A DNA stretch of 32,000 nucleotides from an uncultured archaeon (lineage in GTDB: Archaea; Asgardarchaeota; Thorarchaeia; Thorarchaeales; Thorarchaeaceae), in contig CAYHAA010000009.1 of NCBI GenBank assembly GCA_964354495.1, positions 30,001-62,000 of the forward strand, read 5' to 3'. The number at the start of each line of letters is the position of its first letter. The stretch's first letter is position 1. Below the pieces are notes generated by a model. The model saw nothing but the letters and a program-made list of their open reading frames with translations, did no database searches and was not told where the DNA came from. The position numbers and the translations under genes were made by a program. This document shows positions 7,903 to 17,270 of this stretch, one piece after another.

Positions 7903-7957
7903 TCCTGGTTCAGAACCAGGATTGTCAGCTTATCTGAACAAGATTGGCTGTTCAGAT
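7903..7957. promoter_or_regulatory. Two inverted repeats upstream of the DUF3795 gene
   Basis: TCCTGGTTC-A-GAACCAGGA (7903-7921) and ATCTGAACA-N8-TGTTCAGAT (7932-7957). Both contain GTTCAGA. Confidence 0.45.
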
Positions 7958-8030
7958 GGCTCAATACCAGCTACTCCATCAGCCTAATCACGCGACTCAG
8001 ACTCGGCCTTCTTTTCTGGTTTCTTCGCAG

Positions 8031-8279
8031 TTAATTGCTTTGCTTCACTCTCCTGAGTAACAGACACTGCAAGCTATTCTGGGGTTCATCTGCAGTATCA
8101 AGAAGACAGGCAATAGGAAGCAGGACTAGGGCAGCTCAAAAGACCACTAGTGAGGTTTTCAGGCTGAATGGTCTGATAATCACTATAGCGACCAAGATGA
8201 GATAGAGAGCTATGACAACTGAAACCACAGCGCTTGTCACTCAGGAATACAGGACTCATGATGGAGATTCTCCGCTCAT
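8031..8279 (-). pseudogene. Decayed two-TM membrane-protein ORF with three in-frame TGA codons
   Basis: MSGESPS*VLYS*VTSAVVSVVIALYLILVAIVIIRPFSLKTSLVVF*AALVLLPIACLLD...QSN*. TGA codons are at 8258, 8243 and 8138. Confidence 0.45.
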
Positions 8280-8355
8280 CTCAGGAATCAAACTCTCACT
8301 TCAACACATCTAATACATGGTGGCATGTTGCTTGAGGATGGCAGTTTCGCAATTG

Positions 8356-11300
8356 CTAGGATTCTGAGGAGGGGGTGCCATCATGCTTTGAGAAGAATTC
8401 GGCGAAATCTATCTCAGGACCCTCAGACTCATGCTCTTCACAGACGACAATGAGTTCCTTCTCGATTGCCTCCAGTACAAGAGTGCAGCCTCTCGCCTCT
8501 GTGAGACCATTGCTGGTCAGAGCCTTTGCCAGAAGTATGGGTTTGATGCAATGACGCATCTCCGTGTCATGCATAATCTCATCCAGTAGCTGATATCGGC
8601 TTGGAAACTTCTCGGAAGTGGCAACCTTGTAGAACCTGAGGAGAAATCCATCCATGGTTGTTTGGAAGATGTAATCAAGCATATCGATAATTCTAGAATC
8701 AGCAACCTCACTGGGCATCTCGGCAACCAGGTCATCAAGATATGTCCCCACCTGCCCGGCGTACGCTTCCATCTTTCTGTTGTGTTCAATTGAGGCGGAC
8801 TTCACTGTGATGAATGCACATATCAGATTTCTAGTTTGGACAGCGCGAATGATATCAGATATTGGAATCACCTCCATCGCCTCCTGGTCGAACATCTCGA
8901 ACTCCTCTCGAAAGTGGGTGACTGCAGTGATGAATGCTGCAACGATACCCTCCTCGAATCCGCCCTTCATCATCTTGGAGTAGATGGGAAGACCACTCTT
9001 CTTATGAAGAACTATAACACCAATGATGTTGTCTGCATCGTCAAAACGACGCTTATTAACGAGGTCGTGGTCAAGCTGCGCTTTCTTCTTCTTCGAGGAA
9101 ATGCGCAAGCCACCCAGGAGAATGATACTTGCAGCTAGTATGCCAGCCCCTCCAATGATGAAGGGTTGCATCCTACGTGGGACATCAATTATCTTAATGA
9201 AAGGCTGTTCATAGATACCCAGCTGATACAGATAGTTATCCTTCTCGATTCTTACCTCTAGTCTATATTCAGTCTCATCAGAATAGGAGCGCAAAGATGA
9301 CTGAGCTGTGTATACTCCTGCAGTCGATGTTTCATGCATCTCAAGGAAGTCACCCGACCCAGCCTCCGATATCCTGAAAGAAACACTTGCATTTGTCACC
9401 GGGATTGATGTTCCCTGCTGGGTAACTTGAACGAGGAGGTCAAAAAGCGTTCCTTCCGTGACGGAGTTCCCTGAGAGGACTACTACTTGAATCAGGATGG
9501 GATCGACATCAAGAATGAACTCGACAGAGCTACTTGCATAACCAGTCTTATTCGCTGTTATGGTCAGTGTCCATCGACCAATACGCGTCGTTTCAATGGT
9601 GATAAGATACCCTTCGTCCGCTTCGATATATGACCAGGAGATGCCAGTGTTAGGCGATGCCTGCAAATCGATTGTTGCTCCAGTGACGTTCAGCCCTGTA
9701 TCTATCCGGTCATAGAGAACCAGTCGTTCGTAGGACTCTGTAAACATTGCTGAACCGGATGGCAAGCCGCTTGCGACGTGGAGGCTAGTGGGTGTTCTAA
9801 CAGCACCGAGAGTGAGACTTGCATAGCCATTCTGATAGCCGCTCTTGCTAGCTTTGATGACTATGTCAAATATGCCTACTTCAAGGGGGGTAACAGTCAC
9901 CCGGTAGAATCCATTTCCAAGATCTTCAAACTCCGAAAACGAGGCTCCAGCAGGGGGGTTCGGAATAATCAGATTAGCGTCTTCCAGTCCTACAAAATCC
10001 TCATCATGAAACAGTAGGTATGCTGTGAATGTCTGGTCGAGTGAAATTGTCGTGCTAGTATTAAGCATATTCAGACTTGTGGCAATTGCAGTAGCAGTCA
10101 ATGTGAACAAGACAAAACGCGTCTGATGATCGGATAAGCTAGCCTGAACTAGTAGCGTGAAGGTATTCGATTCCTGCGGTTCTAGCAGGATGGAATAGAC
10201 ACCTTGTGATTCCGTCGTTGTGTTGCCCCAAAGGAGGCCTGTAGCAGGGATAACACTCTCAACGGTCACATTTGCTCCCGATAGACCATAACCAGTGCCG
10301 TTCGTGTAACGGACATAGAGCGTATAGTTCTTCCCGAATCCTACAAAATCTGCCGTACCATTCAACGAGGTCAGTACGGTCGTAATCGCCCTCACTATTA
10401 GAAAGAATGCATCAGAGGCACCCTGATAGTATTGCTTGGAAGCAGCTATTGTGACAAGATATGTACCTGAAGATGATGGGCTGAATTCAATGGACCAATC
10501 ACCAGATCCAATCTCTAACAGCTCCCAAGAGAGGGCGTCAGCGGTGCCACCAGAAAATGTGATGTTGATCTGCGCACTATTGACACCGGTACCATTTAGC
10601 ATCTTGAATCGAAACGTCGTACTGTAGACATCTGTGAGACCGATCTCAACACTAGCAGAGCCAGAGATTTCCAGCAATGTATCAACATCATTCACGACGA
10701 GTACGAAGACTGCAATTGCTGGCTCAGAATTGAGTTCTGTGGCCAGAAATCGAATAGTGAAAACACCAGCAGCATGTGGAGTGAAGGAGGTCGTGTAGTT
10801 TCCAGGTTCTCCACTTACCTCATCAACGCTAGCGTATGACAGCCCTGTTGAGGGAGATATGCCATCGATAGTGACATTGCCACCTGGGATTGGGTTGCCG
10901 CCGCTGTTACGATAGGTAAGCTTGACTGAATCATTACCCTCTAGATCGACTCGAGAGGAGATATCACCAAGAATAGAGAGCGAACTCGTTGTCGGGGAAA
11001 CTATCAGAGTAAGCAAGATAGTCTTGGATTGATGGCTTGGCTTGCTGAAGGTGGCATTCAATAGCGATGTTCCTGAATTCCTAGTAGATGTATCAAGATG
11101 CACTACGTAGATACCTGGCGTGATATCTTCCTCGACCGACCAAGACCCTGCTGTCCAGTTCATCGACATAAAGACACCTGTGTCGTTAGATATCGGCTTC
11201 CATGACGTTTGAGCGGAATCATAGAACTCGTAGTTAAAGGTCATTTCAATTATATGGCCCCATTCGTCAGCTGTCCACGGAGCATTGGGAGAATTGAGTC

Positions 11301-13437
11301 TAGTGACTCGTATTGATTGAACTGTAATATGGCAACTAATATCGTCATAGAAGGAACGAGAGGCATTCACGACAATGAGGAATTCTCCGGCACCCACTAG
11401 CGAGGTGTCGAAGGTTCCTTCCCACCAGTTATGGATGGCATTTGGCACAAAAGGCACTGATATCGTGGACCAGTTGCCTACAATCGTAGCAACTGGATCA
11501 AGAAGAGAGGCGTTCGTATCACCGTCGGTATAACGCACGACTCCTGTCACTATTAATCCAGTATCCGTAGTTATGATTTCGGGCTCTGCGATGAGTTCAG
11601 CAGCATGATGCACTTCGAATCTAGCTCTATCATATGCAATCTCCGTTCCATTCAGCCAATAGACCTCGATCCACCATTCTCCAGCTGGCGAAGAGCCGGA
11701 TGCAAAGGTCTGTTGGCTGCTGTAGATTTGGCCTGAGGACCCCCCACTGATCAACTCAGAGAACCAAATGATAGCAGATGGATTGAACCAAGTGACATTC
11801 GCATCGGTAAGCGACCCAAGAACCTGTGTAGCAGTTCCTATTGTGACGTTTGCACGAGTTGTGTTGCCGATTCTGAATCTTGTCTCATCTCTCCAAGTGG
11901 TATCAGAAATTTGTGACTTGATCGAACTAGCGTAGTTTGGTGACTCTAGTTTAATCTCCCACCATCCCAGACGATCGATGATTGAGGTAGGAACAGAGAG
12001 ATAGCCATTGCCGATATGGCAGCTGCCAGTAATATTTGTGAGAAACGGATCTGACACGGTGACATTCTCCCAGTCTATGGGAAATGTGATGTTCATTGCA
12101 GGGTCTTCATAGTTTCCAAGATAACCAACATATGAGTAGAGAGTCAGAGAAGAGCTCAGACCATGCTCGATTGTGTATGCAACACCGAAACTTGAGATGT
12201 CTGTTCTCCAGTTTGAATCGGTGAATCGGTGTGAGTGAAGGCGAGTCTTGTAGTCAAAGGATATGCTCGTATTTGATGATAGAGAAACAGTGACTGGTGT
12301 AGTCGTCCAGTATGATGTGTTCAAAACTGAAGCGACATAGATGCCAGAGGAACCCGCAAGAGGAGCAGACTGACTTCCTGCGGCAAATTCAAGTTGGACC
12401 TGATCTGGAGTGGGGGGTACAGCCTTGAGAAGAGTGACGTCATCGAGATAGACAGTAATGTATGCCGCATTGTCAATACCATCAGCTAGGTGGGATGGAT
12501 CACCATCATAGTCGTCTCTCTTATCGAGCGTCAGGGTTTGGTCGATGACTAGCCCAATCTCGAGGAGGAAACTGCTCGGAGCGCCAGTTATGTGCAATGG
12601 AATTCCTCCGGTGCTCTGCCAGACGCCTCTTTGCGTCAACAACAAGAGACTCATGTTCCAGACATTGGTCCCATTTGCAAAGAGAGCAACGCTGCAGTTG
12701 CCAGTGATTGCATCGAGTCCGGGGCCGTCAATTGGGCCTCTCAGATAGAAATAATCGAAGCTGAGCAGGAAGTCCTCTGTGTATGGTGCGTTCTGGACAG
12801 ATTGAGTCCAGACTATGCGGGTTCCCACTACATGCCCAAAGGCATTCTGACCTACTTTGCCGCCTTGACTCTCCACAGCAACATATCGACTGCCAGTCGA
12901 ATCATATGCGGCAAGCTGTACATCATCGGGATAGGTCCCAGTATCCGTGCTATCCGCGTCCCAACCAAGAGGATGATATGAAACTCCAGTGGAGGGGAAT
13001 ACGTTGGTCCCAGGATATCCGCTGCTAAAGCTTCCATTTATGGCGTACAGTCTCTCAAGATTCCATACAGTCACATCCGCCTTGTCAGCAATCCAGCTGT
13101 GCACAGTGTCTAGCGGCAAGTCATAGGCGAGATTCTCGTAGGTATCTGTTCTCGCTGAAAGATTCCCTGATGCCGAATATCCAGCTTGCTCAACAACTAC
13201 CGAATCCAAGATTCCTTCAATTGGCGTATCATCTGCTAATCTGGAAAGACCAGTCTCTGGAAGAGATCGCTCCAACTCCTGAACAACAGAGTCAGGCTCC
13301 TTAGTAATTGGCGATAAAGAGGGATAGTTCTCGCTGTTTGTACCATCATGAATCAAGCGAGGAATTCCAGGAACCCATCCCATGGACACTAGAAACAGCG
13401 ACAATAGTAGTATCGTTGACAACAACCTTCGACTCAA
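8356..13437 (-). CDS. Large cell-surface protein (1693 aa): signal peptide, beta-rich head, about 8 Ig-like repeats, TM helix, cytoplasmic longin-like domain and winged-helix-like tail
   Basis: TTG start after GGGGA. Many N-x-S/T sequons. Repeats of about 100 aa (T.L...GA.V...G.Y...A...Y). TM FIIGGAGILAASIILLGGL followed by SKKKK. Cytoplasmic IIGVIVLHKKSGLPIYS...EEGIVAAFITAVTHF. Confidence 0.85.
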   Translation of the reverse strand: MSRRLLSTILLLSLFLVSMGWVPGIPRLIHDGTNSENYPSLSPITKEPDSVVQELERSLPETGLSRLADDTPIEGILDSVVVEQAGYSASGNLSARTDTYENLAYDLPLDTVHSWIADKADVTVWNLERLYAINGSFSSGYPGTNVFPSTGVSYHPLGWDADSTDTGTYPDDVQLAAYDSTGSRYVAVESQGGKVGQNAFGHVVGTRIVWTQSVQNAPYTEDFLLSFDYFYLRGPIDGPGLDAITGNCSVALFANGTNVWNMSLLLLTQRGVWQSTGGIPLHITGAPSSFLLEIGLVIDQTLTLDKRDDYDGDPSHLADGIDNAAYITVYLDDVTLLKAVPPTPDQVQLEFAAGSQSAPLAGSSGIYVASVLNTSYWTTTPVTVSLSSNTSISFDYKTRLHSHRFTDSNWRTDISSFGVAYTIEHGLSSSLTLYSYVGYLGNYEDPAMNITFPIDWENVTVSDPFLTNITGSCHIGNGYLSVPTSIIDRLGWWEIKLESPNYASSIKSQISDTTWRDETRFRIGNTTRANVTIGTATQVLGSLTDANVTWFNPSAIIWFSELISGGSSGQIYSSQQTFASGSSPAGEWWIEVYWLNGTEIAYDRARFEVHHAAELIAEPEIITTDTGLIVTGVVRYTDGDTNASLLDPVATIVGNWSTISVPFVPNAIHNWWEGTFDTSLVGAGEFLIVVNASRSFYDDISCHITVQSIRVTRLNSPNAPWTADEWGHIIEMTFNYEFYDSAQTSWKPISNDTGVFMSMNWTAGSWSVEEDITPGIYVVHLDTSTRNSGTSLLNATFSKPSHQSKTILLTLIVSPTTSSLSILGDISSRVDLEGNDSVKLTYRNSGGNPIPGGNVTIDGISPSTGLSYASVDEVSGEPGNYTTSFTPHAAGVFTIRFLATELNSEPAIAVFVLVVNDVDTLLEISGSASVEIGLTDVYSTTFRFKMLNGTGVNSAQINITFSGGTADALSWELLEIGSGDWSIEFSPSSSGTYLVTIAASKQYYQGASDAFFLIVRAITTVLTSLNGTADFVGFGKNYTLYVRYTNGTGYGLSGANVTVESVIPATGLLWGNTTTESQGVYSILLEPQESNTFTLLVQASLSDHQTRFVLFTLTATAIATSLNMLNTSTTISLDQTFTAYLLFHDEDFVGLEDANLIIPNPPAGASFSEFEDLGNGFYRVTVTPLEVGIFDIVIKASKSGYQNGYASLTLGAVRTPTSLHVASGLPSGSAMFTESYERLVLYDRIDTGLNVTGATIDLQASPNTGISWSYIEADEGYLITIETTRIGRWTLTITANKTGYASSSVEFILDVDPILIQVVVLSGNSVTEGTLFDLLVQVTQQGTSIPVTNASVSFRISEAGSGDFLEMHETSTAGVYTAQSSLRSYSDETEYRLEVRIEKDNYLYQLGIYEQPFIKIIDVPRRMQPFIIGGAGILAASIILLGGLRISSKKKKAQLDHDLVNKRRFDDADNIIGVIVLHKKSGLPIYSKMMKGGFEEGIVAAFITAVTHFREEFEMFDQEAMEVIPISDIIRAVQTRNLICAFITVKSASIEHNRKMEAYAGQVGTYLDDLVAEMPSEVADSRIIDMLDYIFQTTMDGFLLRFYKVATSEKFPSRYQLLDEIMHDTEMRHCIKPILLAKALTSNGLTEARGCTLVLEAIEKELIVVCEEHESEGPEIDFAEFFSKHDGTPSSES

Positions 13438-13633
13438 GAGTCTTCATCCCCAAGCTAATTGTGCGTGCATATTTCGATTACGAACCGAACCTATGCTGTA
13501 GGTCAGCTGCAGGCGTTGAGTGTCAGCAAGAAGATTTCTAATTACCTTTGCGACATAATCCATGTACTCTATGACACATCATCAGCTGACTGACATACAT
13601 TACTCGAGAATCAGTACAAGTGTCTTTTGTGTA

Positions 13634-16600
13634 TCACTCAGCAGCCGAACCCCCTACTCCACCACTATCATGTGGATAAATCGGAAGAACCAATTCCTGT
13701 TCAATGGCATCCATCACAATGAGATAGGCATCATCCTCATCAACGCCGTAGGTTTCAAGGAGCTGTACAATGTTCGCTAGTTTGAATGTCTCGACACCAT
13801 CGGTCTTGTTCACGATGTCTTCGATATGCCTGATCTTCTTTGGAAGTCGCTTCTCGCCAATTTGGTATGTCTGGAGAAGTGCACCATCCACAAGGTCATC
13901 AAATAGCCATTCAAAGGTCTTAATGACTTTCACGTCTGCAACCTCAGCAGGGGGCTGAGCAAGCGACTCATCAAACATCATACCAATGGCGCGGGCGTAG
14001 TTAATCATGCGCTCCTCCTGTTGCCTAGATGCAGAAGTCAGAGTGATGAAGGCACAAATCAGATTTTGAGTGGGCACTGCCCTGACAATATCCGAGATAG
14101 GTATGACGACATAGTCATCTTTCTTTCCTCTTTTATCAAACTCGGTTCTGAAATGCATGATAGCAGTGATGAATGCTGAAAGAATCCCTTCTTCGAATCC
14201 GCCTTTGAGTGTCCTGGAATAGACTGGAAGACCACTCAGTTTGTGAAGTACAATTATACCCAAGAGATTGTTGGCATCAGCAAAACGCGTCTTGATATCC
14301 CGAGCCAAAGCGTGTTTTCTCTGCTTCTTTCGTGAACTGATTTTCTGTCCTGCTACTGCGGCTACGAGCACTCCAGCAACCAGGATGATTTGCGAAGAGT
14401 ACTCCATTATTGTCCGAAAAAGCCGTGCGTTTGCATCGAATGTCGGAACAAGTGCCTGACTGAAGGAGTGTATCATTTCGTGGTTCTCTTTTTCCACCAG
14501 AATGACGATTTCATAGGTCGACTCTCCAGCTAATGGCATGACTATGCTAGCACTATATACTCCGGGGAGTATCTCGTCCATGGTTTTGCTGGCATAGGGT
14601 GCGCCTTGAGATTTTATGCTTAGACTCACATTCGCATTAGTTACAGGATTGTCTGTATCAGCCTCGACCACTTCGACTTCAATTGTCAGTGATTGGTATT
14701 CAGGTCCTCCAAGGCTTGTGAGAAGGTCCACTCTTATCGGCACTCTATTCACTAGGAAAGATAGGACGTGAGTCTGGTTCTCATAGCCTTCTTTCGAAAA
14801 CGTGATTCGGATGCTATAGTCTCGTGATCCGAGAGGAATCAGGGAGAGATTGTAGTGACCAGCTCCGGTGTTTGTAATCATGGCCCACTCTGAACCCTCT
14901 TCAGTGACCTCAACAGATGCTCCATCGACTCCAGACCCATTGTAGCTCATTAAATACACATAATCAAAGCTATACTGACGACCATAGATGAGCGGTTCGA
15001 GGGGTCCCGTGGGTGCATCCAGAGAAGTAAGAAACTGTGATCTTATAGTGATGACAAGGGGAGTGGTTTCGAAGTAAGGAGCAGCTGAAGTTAATGAAAC
15101 ATCAAAATCACCTGCGCCAACAAGAGCAGTATCGAAATCAGCCTGCCACCAATTCTTGACAACATTTGGTTCGAATTCAACGATTCCAGCCGCCCAAATT
15201 CCTACGACTTCAGCGCCGTCGCCCAGAAGAAACAGACTGTTCTCAACATCATAAAATCGCAGTACGACAGTAATAGGTTGACCAACAACAGTGTCTAGGT
15301 TACCTGAGAACACAAGCTCCAGAGCAGCCTGATGGTGAAGAGCAAATCTCTCGAAACTATATGCCAACTCGCTACCATTTGACCAATAATAGACTATGCT
15401 CCAAATGCCAGCAGTTGTGTTCGTAGCGCCAAACGTGACCGGAATACTCTCAGCCGCACCAATCGCACCGCTTATGGTCGACGATTCATACCATATAGAC
15501 GAATTCGGCATTGCCCATTTGAAATTCACTGCATCGGATAGGACGGGAATATCCTCAGCTGAACCGAGCGATATGTGTATGCGTGCACTATCATTACTGT
15601 GAAATATCGTTTCGCTAATCCAATTCATAGTTCCAGTGTCATACCTCTCAATGACTGCTTCAGAGGCGTAGTTCGGACTCTGGCATTGTATGTTCCACCA
15701 GCCGAGACGATCCAATACTGCTGTTGGTATCTCAACTAAATCACTCTCCAGAGCACAGCTTGACGTAACATCTGCCAAAAAGGGATCGCGAATTGTGAAG
15801 TTCTGCCAGTCCACCGGATGATAGATTCGCAGGACCAGTTCATCATAGAGCCCAATGAATCCAAGGTACGTGAACATCTCCAAAGAGCCACTTTCATCGG
15901 AGTGAACTGTGTATGCTACCCCAACCTGCATCGGGTCCATAGCAGGACGGGAACTCAAGAATCGATGGTTCAGTAATCGAACACTGTAATCCAGAGAAAC
16001 GCTTGTGTTTGCCGTAATTCCAATACTTAGTGGGCCAAGTGTCCAATAGCTGTTATTTATCAGCAGACCGGAGCCGGTGCCAGAGTCGCCCAGAATTGGC
16101 GTCGTTATTCCATCTACAGCGAGATGTAAAGCAACCTCTTCGCAGCTGGGTGGTGTATCTCGTACTAGTGAAACGTCATCTAGACAAACGTTGATGTACT
16201 GCGTGTTGACTGTACCATCAGCTAGGCCGTTGCCATCGTAATCAAGGTCTGCATCAACCACAAATGTAGAATCTATCACAAGGCCAATCTCGAATTCTGT
16301 AGCTCCACTTGGAGCTGCAATACTTATAGGAAGCACTCCGGTATCGAACCACGTACCCTTCGTGCTCAGAGTTGGCAAATCAATACTATGTATCGGAACG
16401 CCATCAATGAAGACCTTGAGTGAATACTTCCCAGCGAATATGACATTGAGGGGACCCTGCAGTAGGAGATAATTGAAGCTGAGCAGGAAATGGTCAGTAT
16501 ACGGTGTATTCTCGAAAGTCTGAATCCATGTGATGTTCGTTCCAGCATAGTGGGTATACTGATTTTGGCCGGGATTGGTGAGTTCTGCCGAGTTCTGAAC

Positions 16601-17173
16601 TGTGACATATTGTTCGCTACTCTGTTCGTAAGAGACCTGCTGAACCTGTCCTGTATCCCCACTATAGCTGACTGCCGACCAGCCCAAGGGATAGTTCACC
16701 AGAGTGCCATTCGGATTGACGGTGTATCCCGGATAGCCTTCATCAAAAGTCCCATTGACAACATAAAGACGAGCCAATTCCCAAACATCCACCTCGGCTC
16801 TACTACCAATCCAGCTATGATCGGTGTCAATCGCAAGACTCTGTTGGGTGTTGGCTGAAGTGTCCGTTCTTGCAGAGATATTACCTGTTGACGAATAGCC
16901 TCTCTGTTCAACAACAACGGGATCTAGGACTCCTTGAGCAGGTGCAGGGGTGGTGTTGACATCTGAGGCAATCCCTGCATCATATGGAGAGATAGTGGAT
17001 TCGAGAAGATGTGGCTTTGATTCATCCACCATCTCATTCGGTGAAACGCCATAAGGCAGGAAGCTAGTACTCGAGTCTCTTAGATCTAGGGGCAACGGCA
17101 TGAACACGGACGAGATGAACAATACGATGAGAGAGATAACAACTGCTCTCATGTACAGTGTTCTTTGCCTCAT
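13634..17173 (-). CDS. Paralogous cell-surface protein (1179 aa): same head and cytoplasmic domains, about 3 Ig-like repeats
   Basis: Aligns by eye with the neighbour: GVLDPVVVEQRGYSSTGNISARTDT vs GILDSVVVEQAGYSASGNLSARTDT; LDRLGWW; LLGIIVLHKLSGLPVYS...KGGFEEGILSAFITAIMHF. Confidence 0.85.
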   Translation of the reverse strand: MRQRTLYMRAVVISLIVLFISSVFMPLPLDLRDSSTSFLPYGVSPNEMVDESKPHLLESTISPYDAGIASDVNTTPAPAQGVLDPVVVEQRGYSSTGNISARTDTSANTQQSLAIDTDHSWIGSRAEVDVWELARLYVVNGTFDEGYPGYTVNPNGTLVNYPLGWSAVSYSGDTGQVQQVSYEQSSEQYVTVQNSAELTNPGQNQYTHYAGTNITWIQTFENTPYTDHFLLSFNYLLLQGPLNVIFAGKYSLKVFIDGVPIHSIDLPTLSTKGTWFDTGVLPISIAAPSGATEFEIGLVIDSTFVVDADLDYDGNGLADGTVNTQYINVCLDDVSLVRDTPPSCEEVALHLAVDGITTPILGDSGTGSGLLINNSYWTLGPLSIGITANTSVSLDYSVRLLNHRFLSSRPAMDPMQVGVAYTVHSDESGSLEMFTYLGFIGLYDELVLRIYHPVDWQNFTIRDPFLADVTSSCALESDLVEIPTAVLDRLGWWNIQCQSPNYASEAVIERYDTGTMNWISETIFHSNDSARIHISLGSAEDIPVLSDAVNFKWAMPNSSIWYESSTISGAIGAAESIPVTFGATNTTAGIWSIVYYWSNGSELAYSFERFALHHQAALELVFSGNLDTVVGQPITVVLRFYDVENSLFLLGDGAEVVGIWAAGIVEFEPNVVKNWWQADFDTALVGAGDFDVSLTSAAPYFETTPLVITIRSQFLTSLDAPTGPLEPLIYGRQYSFDYVYLMSYNGSGVDGASVEVTEEGSEWAMITNTGAGHYNLSLIPLGSRDYSIRITFSKEGYENQTHVLSFLVNRVPIRVDLLTSLGGPEYQSLTIEVEVVEADTDNPVTNANVSLSIKSQGAPYASKTMDEILPGVYSASIVMPLAGESTYEIVILVEKENHEMIHSFSQALVPTFDANARLFRTIMEYSSQIILVAGVLVAAVAGQKISSRKKQRKHALARDIKTRFADANNLLGIIVLHKLSGLPVYSRTLKGGFEEGILSAFITAIMHFRTEFDKRGKKDDYVVIPISDIVRAVPTQNLICAFITLTSASRQQEERMINYARAIGMMFDESLAQPPAEVADVKVIKTFEWLFDDLVDGALLQTYQIGEKRLPKKIRHIEDIVNKTDGVETFKLANIVQLLETYGVDEDDAYLIVMDAIEQELVLPIYPHDSGGVGGSAAE

Positions 17174-17270
17174 AATCGGAACCTCTTGATGTCTAGCTCT
17201 ACAAGCTATTAGACAGAGAGCTCGATGAAGGAATATAACATTAGTTCAGATGGTTCAGGAGGAATTGCGC

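Noticed and set aside
7903-8279. Selenoprotein with a 3' SECIS (in-frame TGAs plus downstream hairpins)
   Set aside because: The TGAs fall in or beside hydrophobic helices with no redox motif, and the hairpins are too short for a SECIS helix with a kink-turn core.
8031-8279. Genome-wide UGA reassignment
   Set aside because: Conserved genes here (ths, queD, mptA, the histidine kinase) end at TGA at their expected C-termini.
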